A program made the position numbers and the translations under genes. From an uncultured Eubacteriales bacterium (GTDB taxonomy: Bacteria; Bacillota; Clostridia; Oscillospirales; Acutalibacteraceae), in contig CAKSHI010000006.1 in NCBI GenBank assembly GCA_934457115.1, positions 23,556 through 87,555 of the forward strand: a stretch of DNA of 64,000 nt, written 5' to 3'. A model generated the notes under the pieces. The model worked only from the letters and a program-made list of their open reading frames with translations, made no database searches and was not told where the DNA came from. Below are positions 21,776-31,545 of the stretch, piece after piece (position 1 is the first letter of the stretch; every line of letters begins with the position of its first letter).

Positions 21776-22933
21776 ATGAAAAACAATTTTACTTATTTCA
21801 TTCCTACAAGGATATTATTTGGAAAAGGCGAGCTTAATAATTTACACAAGCAGTGTTTGCCGGGCAAAAAAGCACTTATAGTTATAACAAGTGGTAAATC
21901 AATGAAGGCTAACGGTTACCTTGAAAGAGTAGAAGAACAACTTTCAAAAGCGGGAGTAGAATATGCTTTGTTTAATGAGGTTCTTCCTAACCCGGTATTA
22001 AAAAATGTTATTGACGGCGCTCAAATGTGCAGGCAAGAAAACTGTGACTTTATTGTAGGCTTAGGCGGCGGGTCAAGTATAGACTGCGCTAAATCAATAG
22101 CAATTATGGCTTCTAACCCTGAGGGAGATTATTGGGAGTATGTATTAGAAAAAGATTTTCCTAAAAATGATCCACTTCCGCTTGTAGCGATAACAACTAC
22201 AGCGGGAACAGGAACTGAGGCTGATCCATGGACTGTCGTTACAAATGAGGAAACAAATGAGAAAATAGGTTATGGTTATGATAAGACTTATCCTGTTTTG
22301 TCTGTGGTGGATCCGGAGCTTATGCTTACTGTCCCGGCAAAGTTAACAGCGTATCAAGGGTTTGATACGTTATTCCATGCGACTGAGAGTATTATAAATA
22401 AAAACGAAAATCCTATAGGTGAGATATTTGCATTAAAGGCTATAGAGCTTATGTCTAAATATTTACCAAGGGCAGTAAAAGACGGCTTTGATGAAGAGGC
22501 AAGAGAAAATTGTGCACTTGCCAATACCCTTGCAGGATTTGTTATGCTTTGTACTTCAGAACATAGCCTAGAGCATGCAATGTCCGGCTATCATCCTGAG
22601 TTGCCTCATGGAGCGGGATTGATTATGATAAGTCTTGCATATTACAAGCACTTTGAATCTATACATGCTTGTGATGATGAATTGGTAAAAATGGCTAAAG
22701 CTATGGGTGTAGAAAATGCTAAGGAACCGGCCGACTTCATAAATGCACTTCATAAGCTTCAAATTGCTTGCGGGGTTGATGGCCTTAAAATGTCAGACTA
22801 TGGAATAGAAAAATCTGAGTTTAGGGCTCTTGCCAAAAACGCTATGACAGCTATGGGAGGATTATTCGAAAGAGATCCGGCTAGACTTAGTGAAGATGAC
22901 TGTGTTTCAATATTTGAGGAGTCATATAAATAA
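21776..22933 (+). CDS. Iron-containing (group III) alcohol dehydrogenase
   Basis: GLGGGSSIDCAK, TTAGTGTEA, and His-rich metal site (HAMSGYHPELPHG). The ATG at 21776 lies 7 nt after GGGGGA. Confidence 0.88.
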   Translation: MKNNFTYFIPTRILFGKGELNNLHKQCLPGKKALIVITSGKSMKANGYLERVEEQLSKAGVEYALFNEVLPNPVLKNVIDGAQMCRQENCDFIVGLGGGSSIDCAKSIAIMASNPEGDYWEYVLEKDFPKNDPLPLVAITTTAGTGTEADPWTVVTNEETNEKIGYGYDKTYPVLSVVDPELMLTVPAKLTAYQGFDTLFHATESIINKNENPIGEIFALKAIELMSKYLPRAVKDGFDEEARENCALANTLAGFVMLCTSEHSLEHAMSGYHPELPHGAGLIMISLAYYKHFESIHACDDELVKMAKAMGVENAKEPADFINALHKLQIACGVDGLKMSDYGIEKSEFRALAKNAMTAMGGLFERDPARLSEDDCVSIFEESYK

Positions 22934-22960
22934 GATTTAATTAATAAAGGTTTATTTTAG

Positions 22961-22994
22961 AAAGTCGCAGGCATTTTATGTTTGCGACTTTTTC
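22961..22994 (+). terminator. Intrinsic terminator after the alcohol dehydrogenase gene
   Basis: agtcgca...tgcgact stem followed by ttttc. Confidence 0.6.
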
Positions 22995-23306
22995 TATAGT
23001 AAAAAACAACCTTTTTATGAAATTAAGTTGGTTCATATTAATATAATTGATTTTTATCAATTGAAAGTAATATACTTATTTAAGTGATAAAATGATGCTT
23101 CCTAATAAGGATAAAGTGCATTATTATAACTCAACAAAAATTGTTATTAAATGGATAGAACATTAGGAAATATACAGTATTTTTCAAAATATCTTTATTA
23201 TTGCGGCTGTTTATAGTATAATATTAGGATGACTAGTTAATAGTTAAAAATGATAAATATAGAAATTAAGATAATAGTATATATAATATATGGAGGTTAT
23301 TATTCT

Positions 23307-25133
23307 ATGTGTGGAATAGTTGGTTATGTAGGCTATGATGAAGCGACACCTATGTTACTTCATGGCCTTGAAAAATTAGAATATAGAGGATATGATTCTG
23401 CGGGAGTTGCCGTATACAGTGAAGGAAAATTAGAGGTTGTCAAGAAAAAGGGAAGACTTAAAAATTTAAGTGACATCCTAGACGGTGGAAAAAAACTTTT
23501 AGGAAATACCGGAATCGGCCATACAAGATGGGCAACACACGGTAAACCGTCTGATATTAATTCGCATCCTCATATGAGTGATTCAGGAAAATTTGCTGTA
23601 GTGCATAATGGAATTATAGAAAATTATTTAAGGCTTAGAAATGACTTAATACAAAAGGGCAAGAAGTTTGTTTCAGAAACTGATACAGAAGTAGTTGCGC
23701 AATTAATAGACTATCTTTATGAAGGAAACTTTTTAGATGCTGTCATGAAAGCAACGTCAATGCTTGAAGGTTCTTATGCTCTCGGAATAGTGTGTGCTGA
23801 TTTTCCGGAAGAGGTTATAGCAGTTAGAAAGGATAACCCTTTAATTATAGGCTATGGTCCTAAGGAAAATTATATAGCTTCGGATATACCTGCAGTTTTG
23901 TCAAGAACAAGGGATATTTGCAGATTGAATGACGGTGAATTTGCAGTTTTAACTAAGGATGATGTTAAGATATATGATGCAAATAAGAATCCTATAGATA
24001 AAAAGATTACTCATATTGATTGGGATATATCATCAGCCGAAAAAGGCGGATATGACCACTTTATGCTAAAGGAAATTATGGAGCAGCCCAAGGCTATAAG
24101 AGATACTATTCATCCTAGAATTAAGGATGGCAAGGTAGTATTAGACCAAATTAATCTTTCTAAAGAGGATTTGGAAAAGATAAGTAAAATTTGTATTCTA
24201 GCTTGCGGCTCGGCTTATCATGTAGGTTGTGCGGCTAAGTATGTTTTAGAAAAACTTACAAGAAAACCGGTTGAGATTGATCTTGCGTCTGAATTTAGAT
24301 ACCGTGATCCTATTATTGATGAAAGTGTTTTGGTTATAGTTATAAGCCAATCCGGAGAAACTGCAGATACTCTTGCAGCTTTAAGAGAGGCTAAAAAGCT
24401 TGGGGCCAGAATTCTATCTATAGTCAATGTGGTTGGAAGCTCAATTGCAAACGATTCTGACGATGTAATATATACATGGGCAGGGCCTGAAATAGCTGTT
24501 GCGACTACTAAGGCATACAGTACTCAACTTACGGTTATTTATTTGATTGCTCTTTATATGGCAGAAAAACTAAATACTATAACTCAAAGTGAGTATGATT
24601 TATATATAGAAAGTCTCTTAAAATTGCCGGATCAAATAGAAGAAATTTTTGAAAATATTGATGACATAAAAGCATTTGCTAAAAAATATTTTGAAACTGA
24701 CGATGTTTTCTTTATTGGACGTAATGTTGACTATGCATTAGCTCTTGAGGGGTCTTTAAAGTTAAAGGAAATATCCTATATACATTCAGAAGCTTATGCT
24801 GCAGGTGAATTAAAACATGGAACTATCTCTCTTATAGAGGACGGAACTTTGGTCGTAACTCTTGCAAACTATGATAAGCTTTTCGATAAGATAGTAAGCA
24901 ATGTTAAAGAGGTTAAATCGAGGGGTGCGGAAGTATTTTCAATCACAACTCGTGACCATAAAGATATTGAACAGGTTTCAGATGCTCAATTCTATATTCC
25001 AAAGACTTGCGACATAATGTCACCTTCGTTAGCAGTTATACCTCTTCAATTATTCTCATATTACATTGCTCTTAATAAGGGTTGTGATATTGATAAGCCA
25101 AGAAACCTGGCAAAATCCGTAACAGTTGAATAA
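23307..25133 (+). CDS. glmS: Glutamine--fructose-6-phosphate aminotransferase
   Basis: MCGIVGYVGY (N-terminal nucleophile Cys right after Met), two SIS domains, C-terminal KSVTVE. GGAGG lies 10 nt upstream of the ATG at 23307. Confidence 0.96.
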   Translation: MCGIVGYVGYDEATPMLLHGLEKLEYRGYDSAGVAVYSEGKLEVVKKKGRLKNLSDILDGGKKLLGNTGIGHTRWATHGKPSDINSHPHMSDSGKFAVVHNGIIENYLRLRNDLIQKGKKFVSETDTEVVAQLIDYLYEGNFLDAVMKATSMLEGSYALGIVCADFPEEVIAVRKDNPLIIGYGPKENYIASDIPAVLSRTRDICRLNDGEFAVLTKDDVKIYDANKNPIDKKITHIDWDISSAEKGGYDHFMLKEIMEQPKAIRDTIHPRIKDGKVVLDQINLSKEDLEKISKICILACGSAYHVGCAAKYVLEKLTRKPVEIDLASEFRYRDPIIDESVLVIVISQSGETADTLAALREAKKLGARILSIVNVVGSSIANDSDDVIYTWAGPEIAVATTKAYSTQLTVIYLIALYMAEKLNTITQSEYDLYIESLLKLPDQIEEIFENIDDIKAFAKKYFETDDVFFIGRNVDYALALEGSLKLKEISYIHSEAYAAGELKHGTISLIEDGTLVVTLANYDKLFDKIVSNVKEVKSRGAEVFSITTRDHKDIEQVSDAQFYIPKTCDIMSPSLAVIPLQLFSYYIALNKGCDIDKPRNLAKSVTVE

Positions 25134-25152
25134 TATTTTTAGTGTATAAATA

Positions 25153-25183
25153 AAAAGCTCGTCGTTTCGATCGAGCTTTTTTC
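25153..25183 (+). terminator. Intrinsic terminator after glmS
   Basis: aaaagctcg..cgagctttttt hairpin plus T-run. Confidence 0.7.
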
Positions 25184-25304
25184 TTATGCTAATATAAGTC
25201 TATAACTTTACTAATAATAAATTAATGGTTACATCTTGTTTATAGCCTTAGTTTATGTTATGTTGTTATATATAAATTTTATTTAAATTTTAGAGGAGAT
25301 AAAA

Positions 25305-26501
25305 ATGCACATCACTGCTATAGTTTGCGAATATAATCCAATGCATAACGGACATGTATATCATATAGAACGAACAAGGGAATTAGGATCAACTCATATA
25401 GTAGCCATTATGAGCAGTAACTTTGTACAAAGGGGAGAGCCGGCTATTATTTCTAAAGAAGCTCGCACAAAAATGGCTCTTAGTTGTGGAGTGGATTTAG
25501 TTTTAGAGCTTCCAAGCGTGTGGTCAATGTCGACAGCGGAGCGGTTTGCATATTCATCCATTTATATACTAGACAAGTTAAATGTAATAGACTCGCTTAG
25601 TTTTGGTAGCGAAGAAGGTAACATCGATAATCTAGTTGAAATAGCGGATTTTCTTAATTTAGATTCTTGCTTGGATAAAATTAAAAATTTTATGAAATTG
25701 GGCATTAGTTTTGCAAGTTCAAGAGAAATGGTAATAAAAGAGGTTATGGGAGAGGAATATTCAACGTTAATTTCAAAGCCCAATAATATTTTAGCAATAG
25801 AATATATAAAAGCGTTAAAAAAACTTGATTCAAACATTAAGCCAATGGCAATTAAGCGCCAAGGTGCGGAACATGACAGTGATTTAGAGATTAATTCATT
25901 TTTGTCCGCTAAACAAATACGGCAATATATAAATGATAAGAATTATAGCCTGGAAAGGTTTTTACCTAAAGCTGTTTTAGATATAATTAATCAAGAAGTT
26001 TGCGATGGGAAAGCACCGTCTTCTATATATAATTTAGAAAGAGCTATACTATACAAACTAAGATCAGCTTCTAAAGATGAAATTAGAAATATTTTTGATG
26101 TAAGTGAGGGTCTGGAAAATAGGATTTTAAGTGCCGCAGCCAGGTCTAAATCATTGGATGAGTTATACGAAAACATAAAATCCAAAAGATATTCATTAGC
26201 AAGAATTAGAAGAGTAGTAATGTCATCACTTTTAGGGATTAATAAACAATTAGTGAATTTAAAACCTCAATACGTAAGAGTTTTAGGATTCAATTCAAAG
26301 GGACTTGAAATTCTAAAATTAGCTAAGGATAAAAGTAAAATACCTATAGTTACAAAGGCTTCTGACATGAAATCCCTCAATAAAGATGCAAATTTAGTTT
26401 TTAGAAGTGAAATGTTGGCAGGCGATATATATAATCTTACATTGCCAAAGGTTTTCCCATGTTCATATGAGGCTACGAGAAAAATTATAAAATTTGATTA
26501 A
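25305..26501 (+). CDS. tmcAL: tRNA(Met) cytidine acetate ligase (UPF0348/YlbM family nucleotidyltransferase)
   Basis: ITAIVCEYNPMHNGHVYHI (HxGH-like nucleotidyltransferase motif), 398 aa, family-typical length. Confidence 0.8.
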   Translation: MHITAIVCEYNPMHNGHVYHIERTRELGSTHIVAIMSSNFVQRGEPAIISKEARTKMALSCGVDLVLELPSVWSMSTAERFAYSSIYILDKLNVIDSLSFGSEEGNIDNLVEIADFLNLDSCLDKIKNFMKLGISFASSREMVIKEVMGEEYSTLISKPNNILAIEYIKALKKLDSNIKPMAIKRQGAEHDSDLEINSFLSAKQIRQYINDKNYSLERFLPKAVLDIINQEVCDGKAPSSIYNLERAILYKLRSASKDEIRNIFDVSEGLENRILSAAARSKSLDELYENIKSKRYSLARIRRVVMSSLLGINKQLVNLKPQYVRVLGFNSKGLEILKLAKDKSKIPIVTKASDMKSLNKDANLVFRSEMLAGDIYNLTLPKVFPCSYEATRKIIKFD

Positions 26502-26970
26502 GCATATCAATTGCAGCGTTTGCTAAGTAAATCTTATTCTCATCTCTGTTTTTAAAGACGGCGGTCAATTTTTTGGTGTAAAATTTATCATTTGTTTTAT
26601 CGTATAAACTTATGTATACAATATTATTTTCCCCAAAAGGATTGTTAGGGTCTTGGGCATTTAATTTGCCGGTAGTGCCGATACCGTAATCGGAATTTGT
26701 AAATAGGGCAATTTTATAGCTCATTTCCTTTGCGACTTCCATACTATATACGGTGTATTTTTCTATGAGTTCACTGCTAACTCCAAATTTTATTTTATAT
26801 TCGTTTGAATAAGTGACTGCGCCAAAGTTAAATATTAGAGAAGAACCCTCTATAGATGTAATAAGGTTTGCGATTTCTCCACCCGTGCATGATTCCATTG
26901 TGGATACTGTCTTTTTTGCGTTTGTTAATTTTTCTACTAATAATTTTGATGTAGATTTATTTTCTTGCAT
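26485..26970 (-). CDS. CinA C-terminal-domain protein (PncC-like nicotinamide-nucleotide amidase family)
   Basis: TMESCTGGEIANLITSIEGSS motif, 161 aa. Confidence 0.8.
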   Translation of the reverse strand: MQENKSTSKLLVEKLTNAKKTVSTMESCTGGEIANLITSIEGSSLIFNFGAVTYSNEYKIKFGVSSELIEKYTVYSMEVAKEMSYKIALFTNSDYGIGTTGKLNAQDPNNPFGENNIVYISLYDKTNDKFYTKKLTAVFKNRDENKIYLANAAIDMLNQIL

Positions 26971-27887
26971 TAATGATTAACATCCTTTTCGAGATAGTTT
27001 AGGATATCTTGGTATACGATATCCTTGCCCTTTTCATTTATAAGTTCATGGCGCATATTATCGTATAGCTTACTTTCTACGTTGGAATATCCTATTTCTT
27101 TTAAGAAATCTTTGGTTTTATAGAATGCATGCTCTGTCATGATAACAGGGTCATCTTTGCCTGCTATCATTAAAATTGGCATATTTAAATTTTCCTTATT
27201 CCAATTTTCTTTTGAGTATACATCTATAAGCATTGTGAATAGGCATTTAAACCCGTTTAAAGTGAATGTAAATCCACAATTTTCATCTTTGTTGTAGGCA
27301 TCTACTACATTTTCATCTGAACATATCCAACTGTTTTCTACTTTGAAGTTCTTGTTATATGCACCTAGAACTAGGTTGTTGACAAGCTCACATCTATATT
27401 TTTGTCCATGAAAAAGCCTTATAGCGTCACATAACTTCAAGCCCAATTTGGCCGAGTTGTTTTCAGTTGGGACACCGCAAAGTATTAACTTATCTATGTC
27501 GCCGTATTGCTTTATATATTCACGAGCGACTATTGATCCCATACTATGTCCCAACAAGGTTATTGGTAAATTTGGATATAATCCTTTTACATAGTTTCTT
27601 ATTTGGTGAATGTCCTTGACGATACCTATATGTCCATTTTTATAGAAGTACCCCAAATCTTGTGGCGATAATACGCTTTCGCCATGGCCTCGATGGTCAT
27701 TTATTATGGTTACATAGCCATGCTTTGCGAGAAATTTCATAAATCCAATATAGCGCCGTCTATGCTCTGACATACCATGGGATATTTGTACTATTCCCTT
27801 GGCTTTTTCTTTAGGAGAAATTAACGTTACTCCAAGATTTAGGCCGTCGAAATCTGATTTTATTTTAAAGTCTTTAATATTGTACAT
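26970..27887 (-). CDS. Alpha/beta hydrolase (lysophospholipase/monoacylglycerol-lipase-like)
   Basis: HGMSEH..., nucleophile elbow GHSMGS, 305 aa. TAATG junction with the downstream CinA-like gene. Confidence 0.8.
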   Translation of the reverse strand: MYNIKDFKIKSDFDGLNLGVTLISPKEKAKGIVQISHGMSEHRRRYIGFMKFLAKHGYVTIINDHRGHGESVLSPQDLGYFYKNGHIGIVKDIHQIRNYVKGLYPNLPITLLGHSMGSIVAREYIKQYGDIDKLILCGVPTENNSAKLGLKLCDAIRLFHGQKYRCELVNNLVLGAYNKNFKVENSWICSDENVVDAYNKDENCGFTFTLNGFKCLFTMLIDVYSKENWNKENLNMPILMIAGKDDPVIMTEHAFYKTKDFLKEIGYSNVESKLYDNMRHELINEKGKDIVYQDILNYLEKDVNH

Positions 27888-28380
27888 TGAGAAAATACCT
27901 CCAAGTTAAAGCTTATAGATATATTATAATTCAAAAGTTTAGAGTATGCTAGAAAAAGTGAGAGGAAATTTGGGTAAGGGTGTCCCTTTAATTAAATATG
28001 CCATATAAAAAATATTGGTATATAGTAAAAGTAATATACAACTTGAAATAGGTAATTTGTAATTTTTAAGTGTAAAAATTTCTAATTTCATGAATATATG
28101 GTAGTTAAATTTACTCTTTATTAATTTCCTTAAAAAAGGGTTTACTAATAGTGTTGAATAATGTATTATAATAGTATAATATAATCTAGAATATAATATT
28201 TTAAATGTATATTTATGGAAAAATTATGAAATCGGTGGAGGATAATTAAAAATATCTATATTACAATTAAATAATCTATATGGCTTGTACGAGAATCATG
28301 TATCTATTTGAAAGAATTAAATTGTTTTTATTTATTGAGTGAAATTGTATTAACAATCTTTTGTATTAGGAGATGCTTTT

Positions 28381-30309
28381 ATGGGACATTATAAAGCTAA
28401 ACGAGAAAAGGGAATACAAACTAAAGGAGTAAGTAACTATAATTTTAAAGGAGTAAATAACTATGATTATGTTTTAAGAAACTTTAAAGTAAAAGCTTTT
28501 ATATGGGATGATGACGAAGAATTAATTGATGATGAAGAAAATAAGCCCGATTATATTAAGATTGTGAAGAAACAAATAAAGGAGGCTAAAGCTAAGAAAA
28601 GAGAAGCTGAAGCTAAGAAAAAAGAAGAAGAAAATGATATTGTATTTGATTTTGAAAATGATGATCTGGAACCTGAAGAAGACGAAGAAAAAAATCTAAA
28701 TGAAGGAGGTTCTCAAGCAGAGATTGGAGTTAAAGAGAATAATAAGGAAGAAACCCCAACTCCAACACCTGAAAATGACTCAAAAGAGGAAAATCTAAAT
28801 GAAAAAGGTTCCCAAGCAGAGATTGAAGTTAATGAGAATAATAAGGAAGAAACCCCAACTTTAACACCTGAAAATGACTTAAAAGAGGAAAATCTAAATG
28901 AAAAAGGTTCCCAAACAGAGATTGAAGTTAATGAGAATAATAAGGGAGAAACCCCAACTCCTGAAAATAGAGAAAAAAAGATAGTAAATCCGGATGAAGA
29001 AATAAAAGTGTTGCATGTAGCAAATGATCGTGAGCTTGACATAAGAGGAAATGATGGGGATCAAAGTAATATAGAAGAATGCCCGGAAAGCATAAATAAG
29101 CCGCCTGTATTTGAAGCATATGTTAAAGTTAGTGCCATGAACAATTCGGATAATGGTCACTCATTTTTAGGCTTTAGGTTTACGTCGAAAGAAAAAGGAG
29201 CCGATGGACGAATTGTGTACCAAAGAAAACATATTTGTGTTGGATATGCACCGGATGGTGGAATGCTATTACAAATATTAGCTCTTACTCCTGCTGTAAT
29301 GCTACGCGATACAACCCATAGTGCAACTATAGGTTATCAAAAAGAGATCAGCTATGACAAGTTGCAATTATTAACCAGAAATATACCGGAATATTTTAAT
29401 CAATATCCAAAATACTCACTCCTAAAGAACAACTGTAATAGATTTGTTAGGTGTATGGCTAAGGGCATAGGTTTACCGGATATACATAGTATGTATAGTC
29501 ATCTTAATGTATTTAACGCACCAAAGAGATCTTTGAAGAATATGACAAAGAAATTTTATGAAGAACTTAAAAATGATGAAGATTCAGGTTCATCAAATTT
29601 TATGTTTAACTGGGCATCTAATCAGGTTAAGGGTGATGGAGATCCGGATTTATCAAATTTTGTGTTTAACTGGGCACCTAATAATGAGAAAAAATATACA
29701 ACGGGTATGGGTGGATTTAGAAACGTGAGAGATTTAGACATTTCAAGAGAAAAGTTCTTTGATAAGGCATTTGTAGGTTCAGAAAAGGATATGAGCTACT
29801 TTACAAAATTTTTGGTTATGCCTGGATTAGATGGCAATCTTGATAGGGCTACCAAATTGAGTGATGATGATAAATCTAAAAAGACTTTATTAAAAGAAAG
29901 TAGATTAAATAGATTACAAAGACTTTTTGGATCTGATGAAATATTAGATGAAATGTCAGAACTATTGCATTTATTAAAGTCTGATGAGGAAGATGAAGAT
30001 TCTAATAAGAATTATGGAACTACTGCAGACTTAAAAGTATTGCTTGACAAGGTTCCTGGTGCTATCGATTTTTATGATATAGATCTGCAACAAGATGGAG
30101 ATCTAGAAAAGAAGAAAGCACAAAGAGATAAAAGATATAGGAGGATCATATCACATCTAAGGAATATAGTTAAATTATCCGGAAAAAAACACAAACAATT
30201 TGTTTATTTTTGTATGCAAACAATTGACAGATATAAAATATTACTGGATCTTGAAAGCGCATCCGAATCTTCAAAGACATTTAATATTAATGAAACAGAA
30301 CATAAATAA
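28381..30309 (+). CDS. Orphan 642-aa protein: acidic tandem-repeat N-terminal region plus central permuted-papain (PPPDE/LRAT-like) Cys-His motif pair
   Basis: AGGAG RBS and a long AT-rich upstream region. NGHSFLGFRF (~29150-29173) is followed ~90 aa later by YSLLKNNCNRFVRCMAKGIGL (~29410-29470). This resembles the H ... Y-x-LL-x-x-NCN-x-F arrangement of PPPDE (peptidase C97) and the NCEHF motif of LRAT proteins. No signal peptide or TM segment. Confidence 0.6.
   Translation: MGHYKAKREKGIQTKGVSNYNFKGVNNYDYVLRNFKVKAFIWDDDEELIDDEENKPDYIKIVKKQIKEAKAKKREAEAKKKEEENDIVFDFENDDLEPEEDEEKNLNEGGSQAEIGVKENNKEETPTPTPENDSKEENLNEKGSQAEIEVNENNKEETPTLTPENDLKEENLNEKGSQTEIEVNENNKGETPTPENREKKIVNPDEEIKVLHVANDRELDIRGNDGDQSNIEECPESINKPPVFEAYVKVSAMNNSDNGHSFLGFRFTSKEKGADGRIVYQRKHICVGYAPDGGMLLQILALTPAVMLRDTTHSATIGYQKEISYDKLQLLTRNIPEYFNQYPKYSLLKNNCNRFVRCMAKGIGLPDIHSMYSHLNVFNAPKRSLKNMTKKFYEELKNDEDSGSSNFMFNWASNQVKGDGDPDLSNFVFNWAPNNEKKYTTGMGGFRNVRDLDISREKFFDKAFVGSEKDMSYFTKFLVMPGLDGNLDRATKLSDDDKSKKTLLKESRLNRLQRLFGSDEILDEMSELLHLLKSDEEDEDSNKNYGTTADLKVLLDKVPGAIDFYDIDLQQDGDLEKKKAQRDKRYRRIISHLRNIVKLSGKKHKQFVYFCMQTIDRYKILLDLESASESSKTFNINETEHK
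28690..28968 (+). repeat. 99-nt (33-codon) tandem repeat, about 2.8 copies
   Basis: Units start at 28690, 28789 and 28888. They encode ENLNEKGSQAEIEVNENNKEETPTPTPENDSKE variants. Confidence 0.9.
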
Positions 30310-30331
30310 TTTTATGCCGATAAACTACTTA

Positions 30332-30868
30332 TTATAGTGACATCCCATAACTTCCTTTGGTGTAATCTAAGAATAAATTGATTTTTGGAGGTACAAAACT
30401 AAAAGTCAAATACATAGATAAAAATAATACAAGCATTAGAAGTGAAATAACGAATAACTCTTCCGAATGATACTTGGAGGTAACCAGTTTATACGATACC
30501 ACATATGCGATAAATATGAATATAAAGCTAACTGCAATATCTAATATAAAGCTATGATTGCCAATAAGTCCTAGGTATATAGAAAGAGAAAGTATTACAC
30601 CTATTACAAGACTATATAGTCCTATTATTTTAGAAACTACAAATTTTTTAAACGGAAGTCGTATTATGCAAAGTTCTATAAGTGACCATATAATATAAGG
30701 CATTGAGAATGATTTTGCATGTTCCCAAATACTTTGATTTACCGACCCAAAGACTATTGCCCAAATTGACATATTAGATATACTAATACTGTAATGTAGA
30801 AAAAGTCCAAGTATAAATGTAACGATGACTCCGATTATTTCAAGCTTTAACCATAACTTTAATTTCAT
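30332..30868 (-). CDS. Polytopic membrane protein of unknown function
   Basis: About 5-6 hydrophobic segments. The start is set at MKLKLWLK (ATG complement of 30866-30868), preceded by GGAGAGAG. The track start at 30889 lies inside a hairpin. Confidence 0.65.
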   Translation of the reverse strand: MKLKLWLKLEIIGVIVTFILGLFLHYSISISNMSIWAIVFGSVNQSIWEHAKSFSMPYIIWSLIELCIIRLPFKKFVVSKIIGLYSLVIGVILSLSIYLGLIGNHSFILDIAVSFIFIFIAYVVSYKLVTSKYHSEELFVISLLMLVLFLSMYLTFSFVPPKINLFLDYTKGSYGMSL

Positions 30869-30870
30869 TT

Positions 30871-30923
30871 TTCTCTCTCCTTTAACCATATCATTAATTT
30901 ATATGGTTAAAAAGGGGAGAGAA
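30871..30923 (-). promoter_or_regulatory. Intercistronic hairpin that pairs the SD of the downstream membrane-protein gene
   Basis: The + strand has tttaaccatat (30881-30891), a 9-nt loop, and atatggttaaa (30901-30911), a perfect 11-bp inverted repeat. It is extended imperfectly by ttctctctcc (30871-30880) against ggggagagaa (30914-30923). On the mRNA the 3' arm contains GGAGAGAG. Confidence 0.5.
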
Positions 30924-30926
30924 TTC

Positions 30927-31190
30927 TTATGCTAGGTAATAAAATAGTGCAGTTATGAGTGAACCTGTAATTGCGGCTGTGCCAAATTTCAAAACACTTA
31001 AGGCAAAGTTATGCTTGTTCTTAATCGATGATGGGGCGTTAATATCCTTTAATATTTTCTTTGCCTCTTTTTCAAGAAATACTTCATTTGATTGAGAGTA
31101 TTCGGGTTTAACTATAAGTAAGGCTTTTTCGTAATATTTATTTCCTGTTTGAGTTAATTCTATAACATGATGATTTATTCCTTTTACCAT
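30927..31190 (-). CDS. Small (87 aa) protein with C-terminal hydrophobic anchor, unknown function
   Basis: MVKGINHHVIELTQTGNKYYEKALLIVKPEY...; C-terminal FGTAAITGSLITALFYYLA. Co-oriented with the downstream membrane protein. Confidence 0.55.
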   Translation of the reverse strand: MVKGINHHVIELTQTGNKYYEKALLIVKPEYSQSNEVFLEKEAKKILKDINAPSSIKNKHNFALSVLKFGTAAITGSLITALFYYLA

Positions 31191-31371
31191 AATTGATTCC
31201 CCTTTTTTTAGATAAAAGTATTTTTATCACAATTTTAATTCAATATACAAATCTCACTATTAAAAATTATGGTTAAAATTAATACGGCTAAAAGGATTAA
31301 CAATGATAAATATATATTATGTTTAATGTGGAATGTTTTTTATATTATGTATGATTTTGGTTATAATTTAC

Positions 31372-31400
31372 TTGACAGTAATGAAAACTAATTATACAAT
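31372..31400 (+). promoter_or_regulatory. Sigma-A-type promoter upstream of rnj
   Basis: TTGACA (31372-31377), 17-nt spacer, TACAAT (31395-31400). It implies a ~140-nt leader with two hairpins (31426-31451, 31473-31494). Confidence 0.5.
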
Positions 31401-31545
31401 ATAATAGTATTAATATGTTCGGACCAAAGTTTATATAGAAATATAAACTTTAATATTAAGCTTAGAAAAAATCTGTTCGTATCGTTTGGAACAGGCTTAC
31501 TTTTAAATATATTAGAATACTAAAAAATAAAATGGAGGTCGCGTT

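Noticed and set aside
22995-23306. Looked for a glmS ribozyme in the ~310-nt region upstream of glmS.
   Set aside because: The region is uniformly AT-rich. It has none of the GC-rich conserved core segments expected of the glmS ribozyme (for example AGCGCC..GGCGGG or ACGAGGA-type blocks). Only an Rfam scan could fully exclude a divergent version.
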